Positions 30,184 through 39,038 of a stretch of DNA of 64,000 nucleotides are shown in pieces. Location of the stretch: the IMG/VR virus record IMGVR_UViG_3300033075_000428, positions 64,001-128,000 of that record; one strand, written 5' to 3'. Numbering within the stretch: the first letter of the stretch is position 1; every line of letters starts with the position of its first letter. A program made the translations under genes and the position numbers. Source of the DNA: a virus (lineage: Duplodnaviria; Caudoviricetes). The notes under the pieces were generated by a model. It did not search any database, was not told the origin of the DNA, and was given only the letters and a program-made list of their open reading frames with translations.

Positions 30184-30840
30184 ATGCTGACAGTCCCTGA
30201 ACAGATTGCATTGGCTCAAAAGGTTGCTGAACTCTCGACTGTACGAGAACTTGCGTATGCGATGTATCGGAGAGTCGTTAAGATGGTTCCGTATAATACG
30301 AAGAAAGCACTCGATGAATATGGTGAACAGCTGAGAGACATTGATTCTTCAACCTATGCGAATATCCTGAACGTCCTATTGGACTTGATGAACACAGCGA
30401 AGGATGAGGATACACTCAAGAAATCTCTATTGATGCACGATATCCTGATGGGTAAGCAACACACGAAGAGCATTTTTCGTGGTCTCCCTAAAGACTCGTT
30501 GTTGTTCCTTGAGTATACTAAACTCCTTATGGCTGAGCGTGATCGCCAGCAAGAAGAGCAGTACTTGAGCATCATGGTCAATGGAGAGAATAAAACCTCA
30601 GCAAGGGGCTATGAATCGTATCTGCAGTCGATGGTCAGAGACGTTACTGTGTTGTTCAAGTCAGTACTTCACGGTGCTGATGACGCTGAGAATGCTGTAG
30701 CGTTGACTGATGAGGACAGACTAAAAATGTTGAAGAACTGTCTCAGTGCTTCGTTGAAACTCGCACGTGTGTGTATGACCCTGAATGCAGAGTTACGACC
30801 AGACCAAGTGGAAGAGATTGAAGCAGAACCACCATTCTAA
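30184..30840 (+). CDS. hypothetical helical protein
   Basis: 218 aa, preceded by the CGTTCTT motif. Confidence 0.7.
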   Translation: MLTVPEQIALAQKVAELSTVRELAYAMYRRVVKMVPYNTKKALDEYGEQLRDIDSSTYANILNVLLDLMNTAKDEDTLKKSLLMHDILMGKQHTKSIFRGLPKDSLLFLEYTKLLMAERDRQQEEQYLSIMVNGENKTSARGYESYLQSMVRDVTVLFKSVLHGADDAENAVALTDEDRLKMLKNCLSASLKLARVCMTLNAELRPDQVEEIEAEPPF

Positions 30841-30851
30841 CAGGATAAACA

Positions 30852-31640
30852 GTGCCTGAAGATAACAAGTGTCATAATCTCGACACTATCTTGAACGCCA
30901 AGATAGGTGAGTTGACAATTATCCAAACAAAGACTCCAGGGTTCACGTTCGATTACGAGAATGGTGTTATCACACTACAGCAAAATGGACATAATCATCC
31001 GAGAATCCCAAGGACAGTACGAACATGGCATGTTCCGTTCAAAAGCAAACCAATCGATGACGAAATTATAAGATTCATGCTTAAGAGGGAATATGAGAGA
31101 CTTGGAAAACCACGGTGGCTAGTTGTATACGACGCATGGACAACGTATAATTCTGATTTAGATATTCACACTCAGTTCATACGTTGTTCATGGATAACAG
31201 ACTATTCTATACAAAGAGCAGACGCTAGAGATTTAACTTGGTACGCATTCATTGATGATGAACGAGAAGTTCCTGAGGAACTCCAATATCTATATTGTAG
31301 GAGAGACTGGACTATTGTAAAGAACAATCAAGAATTCGCGCAAAGACTGAGTGAATTAGGCATACCAGAAGTTGTGAGCTTTGACTTCTACCTGTATAAT
31401 GGTAAATCAACACTTGAATCGATGACGTTGTTAGTCGACGCCATAATGAAGAAGGTTCTCTCCCTACAAGAAGGAGAAACATTCGTTCTTCCAATTGTGC
31501 TGGTTCACACTGATTCTCCGCAGGGACAAAAGCTCTTGTCACAGATTTGGGAGATGCAGTCAAAACAATTGTTGGCGACAGGCAAGGTGATTGCTGAGCC
31601 TGACAGATATAAACCACTTTTTGGAGACGATGGACGATGA
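30852..31640 (+). CDS. protein with a C-terminal cyclic-phosphate-processing receiver-like domain (divergent)
   Basis: FIDDER.VP...W.IVKN..EF...VSFD..L...VHT...G. Confidence 0.5.
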   Translation: MPEDNKCHNLDTILNAKIGELTIIQTKTPGFTFDYENGVITLQQNGHNHPRIPRTVRTWHVPFKSKPIDDEIIRFMLKREYERLGKPRWLVVYDAWTTYNSDLDIHTQFIRCSWITDYSIQRADARDLTWYAFIDDEREVPEELQYLYCRRDWTIVKNNQEFAQRLSELGIPEVVSFDFYLYNGKSTLESMTLLVDAIMKKVLSLQEGETFVLPIVLVHTDSPQGQKLLSQIWEMQSKQLLATGKVIAEPDRYKPLFGDDGR

Positions 31641-32281
31641 ATACAAACCTGACAGAGATTGCGGTCATTCTTGACCGCTCTGGTTCAATGGGGACTATCA
31701 AAGACTCAACCATTGAAGGGTTCAATGGTTTTGTTGACGAGCAGAAGAAGGGTACTGGTGAGATGAATCTCACATTGGTACAATTCGACACTGAGTATGA
31801 AGTGTTGTACACACGAAAGAACATTCAAGACGTTAAGTGTCTTGAGTTTCACCCACGGGGAAGCACAGCGTTGTATGATGCTATCGGCAGAACGATCAAT
31901 ACTCTTGGCAGAGAGATTGCGTGCACAGCACCAGCACAACGACCTGGAAAGGTACTCGTACTCATCATCACTGATGGTGAGGAAAACGCTTCGAAGGAGT
32001 TCACTCTTGAGAAGGTCAAGGAAATGATTACACATCAAACAGATGTGTACAAGTGGGAGTTCTTGTTCATTGGAGCTAATCAAGACGCTGTTTTGTCTGG
32101 GGCTAGTCTGGGTATTCGCGCAAACAATACTATGGCGTTCACCGTTGACAACGATAGTAACAGCAGAATGTACTCGAGAGCCAGTGCGATTACTAGTAAC
32201 TATGCAGCAACTGGTGTCATCGACGTTCCAGCTGACCAAGATGCTGACACTGTGGTTAGTTCAACAACGAGCAACACGTAA
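31637..32281 (+). CDS. von Willebrand factor A domain protein
   Basis: MIDAS DRSGS, TALYDAIG, ITDGEENAS. Confidence 0.9.
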   Translation: MNTNLTEIAVILDRSGSMGTIKDSTIEGFNGFVDEQKKGTGEMNLTLVQFDTEYEVLYTRKNIQDVKCLEFHPRGSTALYDAIGRTINTLGREIACTAPAQRPGKVLVLIITDGEENASKEFTLEKVKEMITHQTDVYKWEFLFIGANQDAVLSGASLGIRANNTMAFTVDNDSNSRMYSRASAITSNYAATGVIDVPADQDADTVVSSTTSNT

Positions 32282-32286
32282 CCGCT

Positions 32287-32586
32287 ATGAACCCGAAACA
32301 AGTTCAACGTGTCATCAATAACACTCGTAACTTGATTGTTCCACTAGCTTCTCAACCTGAGGAGCTAGTGGCAATTCAAGAGACAATTGATACTCTCAAG
32401 AGTTCTCTTGAACTGATACATCTACAGAATAGATTGATTCAAAAACAACGTGAATTAATCTTCTATTTGAATGTATTGTATCGGAGTGATGAAAAGGAAA
32501 CGCAACTTGCAATAGAGATTGAAGCTCTCGAGAACAAGATTTCAGAGTTGACAAAACTGGAAGAGCAACATGAGAAAGTTAACTAG
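32287..32586 (+). CDS. coiled-coil hypothetical protein
   Basis: Heptad pattern; TAG stop. Confidence 0.65.
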   Translation: MNPKQVQRVINNTRNLIVPLASQPEELVAIQETIDTLKSSLELIHLQNRLIQKQRELIFYLNVLYRSDEKETQLAIEIEALENKISELTKLEEQHEKVN

Positions 32587-32773
32587 AGCAGACAGGAGAA
32601 GGATTCGTATGCTCAAGTTCAAGAAGCGATGCAAGAATCTTGGTCTTGAACCTGATACCAAAATCTATCATGCGTATCTTTCCCATGGGAAGCCATGTTC
32701 TTGTTGGGCTTGTAGACACGAGAAGTACAAGCGCACTGCGGACGAACCACCATTTCTAAACGAGGAAGACTAG
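32570..32773 (+). CDS. small basic protein with a CSCxxC motif
   Basis: Arg/Lys-rich; HGKPCSCWAC; TAG stop. Confidence 0.6.
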   Translation: MRKLTRADRRRIRMLKFKKRCKNLGLEPDTKIYHAYLSHGKPCSCWACRHEKYKRTADEPPFLNEED

Positions 32774-32775
32774 TC

Positions 32776-33294
32776 ATGAAGAAACTTCTGAGTTTCTGTC
32801 TGATGATTGTTGTCGCTACAACGATGGCACTCTCACAAACCCAATCTGATTTCGCAGACTTCTTGCGAGGGGATTGTTCAGCGTTTTTGGTAACAGACTT
32901 CGGCCTTACGTTCGAGCGTACTGACCGAATCATCCAAGCAAAGGGACTGTTACTCAAGAACACGTTTATGAAGAAGATTGAAGACTCTGAACGTGGCACC
33001 CTAGAACATAAGGTCGGAGTTTGGGAGAACCTTGATGGTTCCCTAACGATGATTGTGATGTTCGACCAAACAAACGCAAGTTGGTTTGTGACTTTCTCAA
33101 TGAAAGCTCGTTCGGTGAAAGAAGCGAAGAAAATGACGAAGGACGCTCTGGCTATCTTGGAGAAGTCATACCCTGAACCGAAGATTAAGGACATGTTCAC
33201 GAAAGTGTGTGAAACACACATTCTATGCGCTGACCTGAAGGTTGCAGATGACAACGTGATCATGGTTCTCCTCAAGAAGAAATTGGCTGACTAG
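32776..33294 (+). CDS. exported protein with a Sec signal peptide
   Basis: MKKLLSFCLMIVVATTMALS|Q; TAG stop. Confidence 0.7.
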   Translation: MKKLLSFCLMIVVATTMALSQTQSDFADFLRGDCSAFLVTDFGLTFERTDRIIQAKGLLLKNTFMKKIEDSERGTLEHKVGVWENLDGSLTMIVMFDQTNASWFVTFSMKARSVKEAKKMTKDALAILEKSYPEPKIKDMFTKVCETHILCADLKVADDNVIMVLLKKKLAD

Positions 33295-33756
33295 ATGAAA
33301 GCACCAATCATTATTGACCCGTCAATTCTAGAGAAGATTAAATATGGCCTAGTAACAATGATTACTAGGCCATTATTGGACTCTAACTGTCTTGACATCT
33401 ATTCAGTATTGTGGATCAGACCAGCGTTCAACCACGACAACTATGCTCTGCTCCAGACACGAACAATGGAGAAAGCAAAGCTGAATAATCCATTCGGAGA
33501 AGTGGGTGACGTTATCTTCGTATCATCGAAGACCAAACAAGGGTTTGAGACTATTACTGCAAAAGTAACTGATACATGTTTGGTGAATACATCAACGATA
33601 TCACAACAACAGATACTTGCTTGTGGATTCATCTCAGAGAATGACTTCCAAAAGTACTGGGACAAGACCTACCCCAAGTGTTCTTGGCAGGATAAACCGT
33701 ATGTCTGGTTGGCACAAATCAAGTTTAAAGAAGACCTAATACAGTTTCGTCAGTAA
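33295..33756 (+). CDS. ASCH-like domain protein
   Basis: G...M.TR...PFG.VGD...GF...F.KYWD...W...PYVW. Confidence 0.55.
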   Translation: MKAPIIIDPSILEKIKYGLVTMITRPLLDSNCLDIYSVLWIRPAFNHDNYALLQTRTMEKAKLNNPFGEVGDVIFVSSKTKQGFETITAKVTDTCLVNTSTISQQQILACGFISENDFQKYWDKTYPKCSWQDKPYVWLAQIKFKEDLIQFRQ

Positions 33757-33764
33757 GGAAGACC

Positions 33765-34130
33765 ATGAAATCGTCGCTAAACAAAGAAGAGATTGACAAG
33801 ATATCAACGGACATTGCGAACAACCTGAGAGTATCAATTGATACGACCGTGATATCCGATATCATTCGATTTAGAACCACTGTCCAACCCCTGAAGTGGT
33901 CAGTGGATGAGCAAGGTGTATATCATGCTAGTGACTTCAACGGAGCGATTCGTTACAGCCTAGACCAACGACCAACGTTGACGTGGTTTGCACAGATTAC
34001 TCAAGCGATGAGAACGTTCGATACCCCCGAGTTTCAGATATCTGAACATGAGACACTAAGACAAGCACAAGAAAACTGTGAAGAGTACAGGAGAGGTTTG
34101 ATTCTCCCGCTAATCATCTTCAACGGTTAA
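33765..34130 (+). CDS. hypothetical protein
   Basis: AAGGA SD; last gene of the plus-strand block. Confidence 0.65.
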   Translation: MKSSLNKEEIDKISTDIANNLRVSIDTTVISDIIRFRTTVQPLKWSVDEQGVYHASDFNGAIRYSLDQRPTLTWFAQITQAMRTFDTPEFQISEHETLRQAQENCEEYRRGLILPLIIFNG

Positions 34131-34411
34131 GCACCCTGTTCGGTAGGTGCGTGTGTCGTGCATTCGGTGAACACCATCTCCAGTCCGTTAAGCCCTTCCC
34201 TCAACGACGCTATGGCCTTTAGTGCGGCTTCAGCCGCTTCCTTGGGGGAAACTGCGTCTGGTGCCCTGTTACTTATAGTCAGGCTGACCTTATTCACGTA
34301 AGAGGCCAACGTGGTCATGTCTGCTAATAGCTCATTGAACTGACCAGGGAGTTGTCCTATTTTGCTGAACGGCAACACGAATGAGACTTGAAAGTCTTGG
34401 GTAGGCTGCAT
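34127..34411 (-). CDS. hypothetical protein
   Basis: Convergent with the plus block; overlapping stop codons (TTAA). Confidence 0.55.
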   Translation of the reverse strand: MQPTQDFQVSFVLPFSKIGQLPGQFNELLADMTTLASYVNKVSLTISNRAPDAVSPKEAAEAALKAIASLREGLNGLEMVFTECTTHAPTEQGA

Positions 34412-34435
34412 TGTTTAACTCTTCAGTAACTGTTC

Positions 34436-34774
34436 TCAGCTACTTGTATCTATGTTGTTGAAAGAAACAGAAGGAGACATGTTGTCATTGGATTCAGTCC
34501 CGTCTTCTTTTGATTTTTTACTGAGCTCTGAAGTCACCAAGCTAAGTCGAGCAACGTCCCCCACTGTGATAGGTATTGCACAGGAAAAGAAGCTCCGTAC
34601 CTTCCCCTTGGGTACTTCTAACAATCGGGCTATCTCCTCTTGTGAGAGTGAGAATTCATCCATTACCTTGTGAACGTTTTCAATGAACTGAAGCTGGTAG
34701 AACAGGCTCAACCTATCTTCACGAGACATTTGTTTCAAAACCGTCGTGAGGAGTTTCTGCTGTTCTGGCTTCAT
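34436..34774 (-). CDS. XRE-type helix-turn-helix protein
   Basis: LSQEEIARLLEVPKGKVRS. Confidence 0.6.
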   Translation of the reverse strand: MKPEQQKLLTTVLKQMSREDRLSLFYQLQFIENVHKVMDEFSLSQEEIARLLEVPKGKVRSFFSCAIPITVGDVARLSLVTSELSKKSKEDGTESNDNMSPSVSFNNIDTSS

Positions 34775-34879
34775 CTACATGTGACAGACGTTGGTCAACG
34801 GAGAATACAGATAAAACCGTCGTGTGTACAGAATTCACTGAAGACCAGAAAATAGTGTGGACTGGGGAGAATACAAAAA

Positions 34880-34907
34880 TCCCCTCAGTGAGTTAACACT
34901 GAGGGGA
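34880..34907 (-). terminator. intrinsic terminator
   Basis: TCCCCTCAGTG-N6-CACTGAGGGGA followed by a T-run on the minus strand. Confidence 0.75.
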
Positions 34908-34924
34908 CTTAAGGTGACTCCATT

Positions 34925-35353
34925 TTATTGGAGCGAGAAGACGAATGCGTTCTGGTCACGAGTACGTCCAGCAACAAGCGGGACGAAATCTTCCTTGGAA
35001 GTCTCTGGGAGAACTTCCTTAGGAACGTTGTTCAGGACGACACGAAGCCAGTTACCAAACTGACGAACCGATGTGCCCGAAGCTGCTTCTGCAACTTCTT
35101 GTCCTTCCACGGGTTCAGCTGGCTGAATCACTTTCAGCTTCACAGCCTTCTTCTCCGTGTCGTACAGTACTTCGACCTTTGAGTGGTCGACGATCCCAGC
35201 CTTCTCTGCAAGGTCTGGTGTGAGGAGCAAGACGCACATTTCACGTCCTTCTCCGCCGTCCTTCTTTGCCGTCTTCGCACGCTTGTACTTGACGATGTTG
35301 GAAGGTGCTGTACGCGTTCCACGCGTTGTTGTGGCTTTTGTCCAAGTAGACAT
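34925..35353 (-). CDS. hypothetical protein, probably highly expressed
   Basis: AGGAG SD, strongly biased codons, own terminator and upstream promoter. Confidence 0.7.
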   Translation of the reverse strand: MSTWTKATTTRGTRTAPSNIVKYKRAKTAKKDGGEGREMCVLLLTPDLAEKAGIVDHSKVEVLYDTEKKAVKLKVIQPAEPVEGQEVAEAASGTSVRQFGNWLRVVLNNVPKEVLPETSKEDFVPLVAGRTRDQNAFVFSLQ

Positions 35354-35662
35354 GACGAACTCCTAGAGAAATGAGAGAGAAAATTACCCTGAAGTGGGTT
35401 GTTTCGAGTCGAGAGGAAAACTTCTAGGTTGCGCCCGATGGACGCGTCTTTTGGGGTCAGCCGTTGTCAAAGAACTACAGTACAAATATCGGGGTTTTCA
35501 ACTCTTTGGGCAACAAAAATTTTGAAGCGATTCAATTTTCTTTGCAACCCAAGTAGGGGAGGGGAGTTAGCTCTGGTTCCCCGAGGGGAAGGGGGGGTTT
35601 AGCTCCAAGGCCAGCCGTCTGACCTTCCTGCCCCCGAAGGGCAGCCGTTAACCTACAGAAGC

Positions 35663-35691
35663 AATATAGCGGTCTCTAGTTCCCTAGGCAA
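35663..35691 (-). promoter_or_regulatory. sigma70-like early promoter
   Basis: TTGCCT-17 nt-TATATT with an upstream A/T tract; a related element (TTGCCC...GATATT) lies at about 35484-35513. Confidence 0.5.
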
Positions 35692-35712
35692 GAACTTTTT
35701 TGAAAAAGAACA

Positions 35713-35998
35713 CAAGCCCTTTAAGTAAAGGAGTTACGTAGGCTCTAGTAGCTAACCGCCTTTAACTAAAGGGCTTAGAGAAAGCTGGCATAAGACCTTT
35801 AGATAAAGGGCTTAGTACGAAAAGACGTTAACCCTCTTTAGATACAGGGCTTAGTATAGCCCTCTATTAGAGCTAGAGTAGTTGAGGTTAAGAACTTTAC
35901 GTAAAGGGACTTACAAGGATTCTCTGTAAGACCTTTAATAGAAGGAACTTAGGAGAAGAAGAGGATACTAGTTAACTCCCTTTAGATAAAGGGACTTA
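35713..35998. repeat. array of seven ~24-26 bp imperfect palindromes (TAA..CCTTTA-NN-TAAAGG..CTTA)
   Basis: Copies start at 35713, 35753, 35791, 35829, 35889, 35927 and 35973. Confidence 0.85.
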
Positions 35999-36201
35999 GC
36001 TCAGCGTTCTATAGGCTCTCTAGGTCTGTCCTAAGGAACGGGTTCAAGGGTTAATACAGCTAGAATTAGGACTCGTCCTAGGGGTCGCTAGGCTCCTTGT
36101 AGGCGTTCTAGCGCCCCTAGCTGGTCGCCTAGCTCCTCTGGCTCCCCTATAGCCGTCGACTACTAAATCCTCTATAGAGCGTAGTAGTACCCTCTATAGG
36201 T

Positions 36202-36294
36202 CGTACTATTAGAGTAGTATCCTATTAGGCTAGTAGTAATAGCGGCGATAGAACGTACTACTAGGGTAGTATCCTATTAGGCTAGTAGTAATAG
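36202..36294. repeat. direct repeat, 52-bp period
   Basis: GTAGTATCCTATTAGGCTAGTAGTAATAG is identical at 36214-36242 and 36266-36294. Confidence 0.9.
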
Positions 36295-36343
36295 GTCTCT
36301 AATAGCGCTATATAGCGTCCCGTTCTAAGGGTCTCAATACAAA

Positions 36344-36371
36344 ATACCCCGCTCCTGTGAAAGCGGGGTAT
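36344..36371 (-). terminator. intrinsic terminator
   Basis: ATACCCCGCT...AGCGGGGTAT followed by a T-run on the minus strand. Confidence 0.7.
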
Positions 36372-36418
36372 CGTGGTTCGCCAAAACCACGGGAGTCTAG
36401 CTGATATGCACGACCAGC

Positions 36419-36682
36419 TTACGACGGAACTTCTTCAGTGCTGTCCTTCTTGATTCCTCGGTTAGCTAGTCTCGTGATTTCAGACTTCACCGATTGAATC
36501 GCTTCTTGAATACGCTCTTCTTGTGCTGTTGTCAGAACAGCGTTCAGGTCTTCTGGCGCACCGAGTAACTCGTGCATCGAAGCGTTCTCGAGGATACTCA
36601 GAAGGTTCTTGAAGATACGAGACTTGGTCTTCAGCTTCGTACGCAATTCAGGTACCACGTCAAGTGGATTATATTTCGACAT
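36419..36682 (-). CDS. hypothetical protein
   Basis: GGAG SD; 87 aa. Confidence 0.65.
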   Translation of the reverse strand: MSKYNPLDVVPELRTKLKTKSRIFKNLLSILENASMHELLGAPEDLNAVLTTAQEERIQEAIQSVKSEITRLANRGIKKDSTEEVPS

Positions 36683-36896
36683 GACAAAATCTCCAAACAG
36701 TAGTGAAAATCGTTACGCTGTCAGCTAATGTCGTTGCTGACCGCTTATGAATGTATATAACGTATAGGTCTATAACTTTGTAACCAACTTTACGCTTACT
36801 GCTAGCATAAATTTTTGTGCCTCAGTTTCTAATACTGTCGGTTTTGTAACCTATACAAGAATCCCCCATGTGTTCATGAGGGATTCTTTGTGTGAG

Positions 36897-37271
36897 TCAA
36901 TCGAGACACCAGATGTCAGACACTTCTTTCAAGCTGAGTGGTAGTGGCGTTCCACGATATAATGCCTGTCGAGTCTTTGCTCTAAACCGTTTGTTAGCGT
37001 AATGCTTCCAATGCTGTCTATAGCTTGATGAACCGCCAGTTTTCCACCACCACTCTTTCTTCTTGTAGTGTTCATACCAAACGTTGGTCTTTCCTTCGAT
37101 AAGGTAACGACCACGACAAGTTACCTTCGCTCTTCTTGGAGATATTGTACCCCAACGAGTGAAGTAATTATGCTCAAAGAAGATGGAGTAATCAAGGATC
37201 ATGTTGTCCTCAATCTCTACTCCAGATTCAAGATGCTTGTGCGGTAGTCTGCGACGATAGGTGCGAGACAT
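36897..37271 (-). CDS. small basic protein (MSRTYRR...); possibly RNA/ribosome binding
   Basis: Highly Arg/Lys/Trp-rich; AGGAG SD; followed by a hairpin at about 36857-36888. Confidence 0.65.
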   Translation of the reverse strand: MSRTYRRRLPHKHLESGVEIEDNMILDYSIFFEHNYFTRWGTISPRRAKVTCRGRYLIEGKTNVWYEHYKKKEWWWKTGGSSSYRQHWKHYANKRFRAKTRQALYRGTPLPLSLKEVSDIWCLD

Positions 37272-37294
37272 GGATACAACTCCTGTTAGTGTAG

Positions 37295-37306
37295 TTAGTA
37301 TCTCAT
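37295..37306 (-). promoter_or_regulatory. minigene/uORF Met-Arg-Tyr-stop
   Basis: AAAGGAG-N6-ATG AGA TAC TAA, 23 nt upstream of the 37271 start. Confidence 0.55.
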
Positions 37307-37340
37307 AGCTGGCTCCTTTCGTGCTGACAAAGGTTGGTGG

Positions 37341-37817
37341 TTAGGGGTCAAGAAGTTTTCCCATCAAATCAGTTACTGACGGTGTATGTACTGGTGCGAA
37401 CACTTGGGTATAGAACAAAACGTTCCGAAGTGTCTCACTCTGTGGGTGATGGTTGATGAGCTCTTTAGCCTGAAGCTCTGACATCACAAAGTATGCTAAG
37501 AGTGTTTCTTCAGGGACAAGGTCGAACTCAATGTTCTGCGTCTGTGTTCGGTCATTGAAAATCTTTACGATTCGTTCAGCGAACTCCCTGATGCTCACGA
37601 GTCTCTTGTGCAAGAATGCGAAGTCCTCGGACGTCAGGTCGTCGAATGTTGTATCAGTGTTAAAGTAAAGAGGGAGAAGTATGTTTTCTAGATAGGTTAC
37701 ATTGATGAATGGTAAATCTTCCTGTTCAAACTTCTCATTGGTTGTATCGCTCATTATGTGCCTCAGTGATGAATCCTCTCCTGTTATTGAAACCCTATCG
37801 GAGAGAATCTTTATCAT
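37341..37817 (-). CDS. hypothetical protein (family with 37839 and 45632)
   Basis: T.ED..F...RL pattern shared with 45632. Confidence 0.6.
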   Translation of the reverse strand: MIKILSDRVSITGEDSSLRHIMSDTTNEKFEQEDLPFINVTYLENILLPLYFNTDTTFDDLTSEDFAFLHKRLVSIREFAERIVKIFNDRTQTQNIEFDLVPEETLLAYFVMSELQAKELINHHPQSETLRNVLFYTQVFAPVHTPSVTDLMGKLLDP

Positions 37818-37838
37818 GACAAGTTCTTGTCTGCGGCA

Positions 37839-38261
37839 TTAATGAACAGTTATGTTTGAGTCACTATTGTGAATCAACTCCTCACGAACTACTTTCTTGT
37901 GGTGTCCCAAGAAAAGAAGCATGTTATCCTCAAAGAACGATTTGACTTCTGGAAATGGAAAATCTTCAGCCAGCGTTACTGACTGCATTGTCTTGTGTAG
38001 CTCATCAAATACCAGTGAGATGATATAACACAATTCATATAAGTCCATTCGAGAAGCAGACAATAGACTTCTGACTTGTTCCTTCACTGTGTCAACACGT
38101 TCCATACGCTCACTGATGTCTCGAGCTTTCACCTTATCAGCGATTTCGCTTGTGGATTCAATGTTGAACACGTTACAAATGTATTTCTCAAGCAGCATTG
38201 TGTACGCAACAGCTGGTGTGGTCAGCTGAGTTACATCTGGTTCATCAACTTGGTCTTGCAT
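37839..38261 (-). CDS. hypothetical protein (family with 37341 and 45632)
   Basis: YELCYIISLVFDELH vs WEIWYALAFMFGRVH. Confidence 0.6.
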   Translation of the reverse strand: MQDQVDEPDVTQLTTPAVAYTMLLEKYICNVFNIESTSEIADKVKARDISERMERVDTVKEQVRSLLSASRMDLYELCYIISLVFDELHKTMQSVTLAEDFPFPEVKSFFEDNMLLFLGHHKKVVREELIHNSDSNITVH

Positions 38262-38347
38262 TTTACAACTTCATTAAATATGTTAAGCCCAACAACTAGG
38301 GGGGAATTGTCGGGCTTAACACGAGGCAACGGAAAACAAAAATTGAG

Positions 38348-38765
38348 TGGACGTGGGGGGAGTCGAACCCCCGTCCGAACATCGGTCTATCTCATGGAAT
38401 TACAATCATCGGTCTCAGTTAGTAAGTACTATCATCATTACGTCGAGACCTTCATGATGACGCCCGTCAGTTTGATCATGTCCTACACACGAGCAGTACG
38501 GATTCAACTCCTGTGTAGTAAGTTCATAATGGAGCCTTGACTCCTGCGACACGATGTTCAACTACCTATGAACTAATGCTGACATCGTGGTATCAAACAG
38601 CCTGAGCGTATTGATACTGGGGAACATTAGCCTCTGGGTAGAGGTTAATGACCTTAGCTTGCTTGTTGCCAGTTATGGCTTGTCCAGTTGTATTTACATG
38701 CTCCACCAGACTAGCATGGATTGCCACTTCGACTTCTCTTTGCCCGTCGAAACCTTTACACGCCC
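38348..38765 (-). ncRNA. ssrA: tmRNA (418 nt); tag peptide (A)GNKQAKVINLYPEANVPQYQYAQAV encoded at 38670-38593
   Basis: 5' GGGCGTG...TTCGAC; 3' GGGGGTTCGACTCCCC-CACGTCCA with a G3.U70 pair; ATAACT-GGC resume context. Confidence 0.92.
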
Positions 38766-38804
38766 AATTTTCAAAGTACTGACATACACTAGAACGAGGG
38801 TGTT

Positions 38805-39038
38805 CTAGGAAGAAGTTTTCTCAGGTTGCTCTAAATAGTCGGTGCATAATTTCAACTGCTCGAATGGTAGCCGTGTAGCTACTATTCTGTTGTCAAAGAA
38901 ATGAAACTCTGTACCAATAAGTTCTGGTTGAGAAGTCTCAAAGTATATTGGTATAGCAAACATAACCTGCGCTAGATTTACCATAACAGACTTCCCATCC
39001 TGAACTGCTGTAGTCAATATGAAATTGAAGTTCTTCAT
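38805..39038 (-). CDS. small hypothetical protein
   Basis: 77 aa; ATGA overlap; TAG stop. Confidence 0.6.
   Translation of the reverse strand: MKNFNFILTTAVQDGKSVMVNLAQVMFAIPIYFETSQPELIGTEFHFFDNRIVATRLPFEQLKLCTDYLEQPEKTSS

Noticed and set aside
35399-35602. 67-aa plus-strand ORF
   Set aside because: It lies in a promoter-containing intergenic region, has a TTG start without SD and non-coding-like composition.
35713-35998. CRISPR mini-array
   Set aside because: Repeats are degenerate and of variable length, most gaps are only about 13-21 nt, and no cas genes are present.
38076-38808. Plus-strand ORFs 38076-38540 and 38587-38808
   Set aside because: They overlap the tmRNA on the opposite strand.
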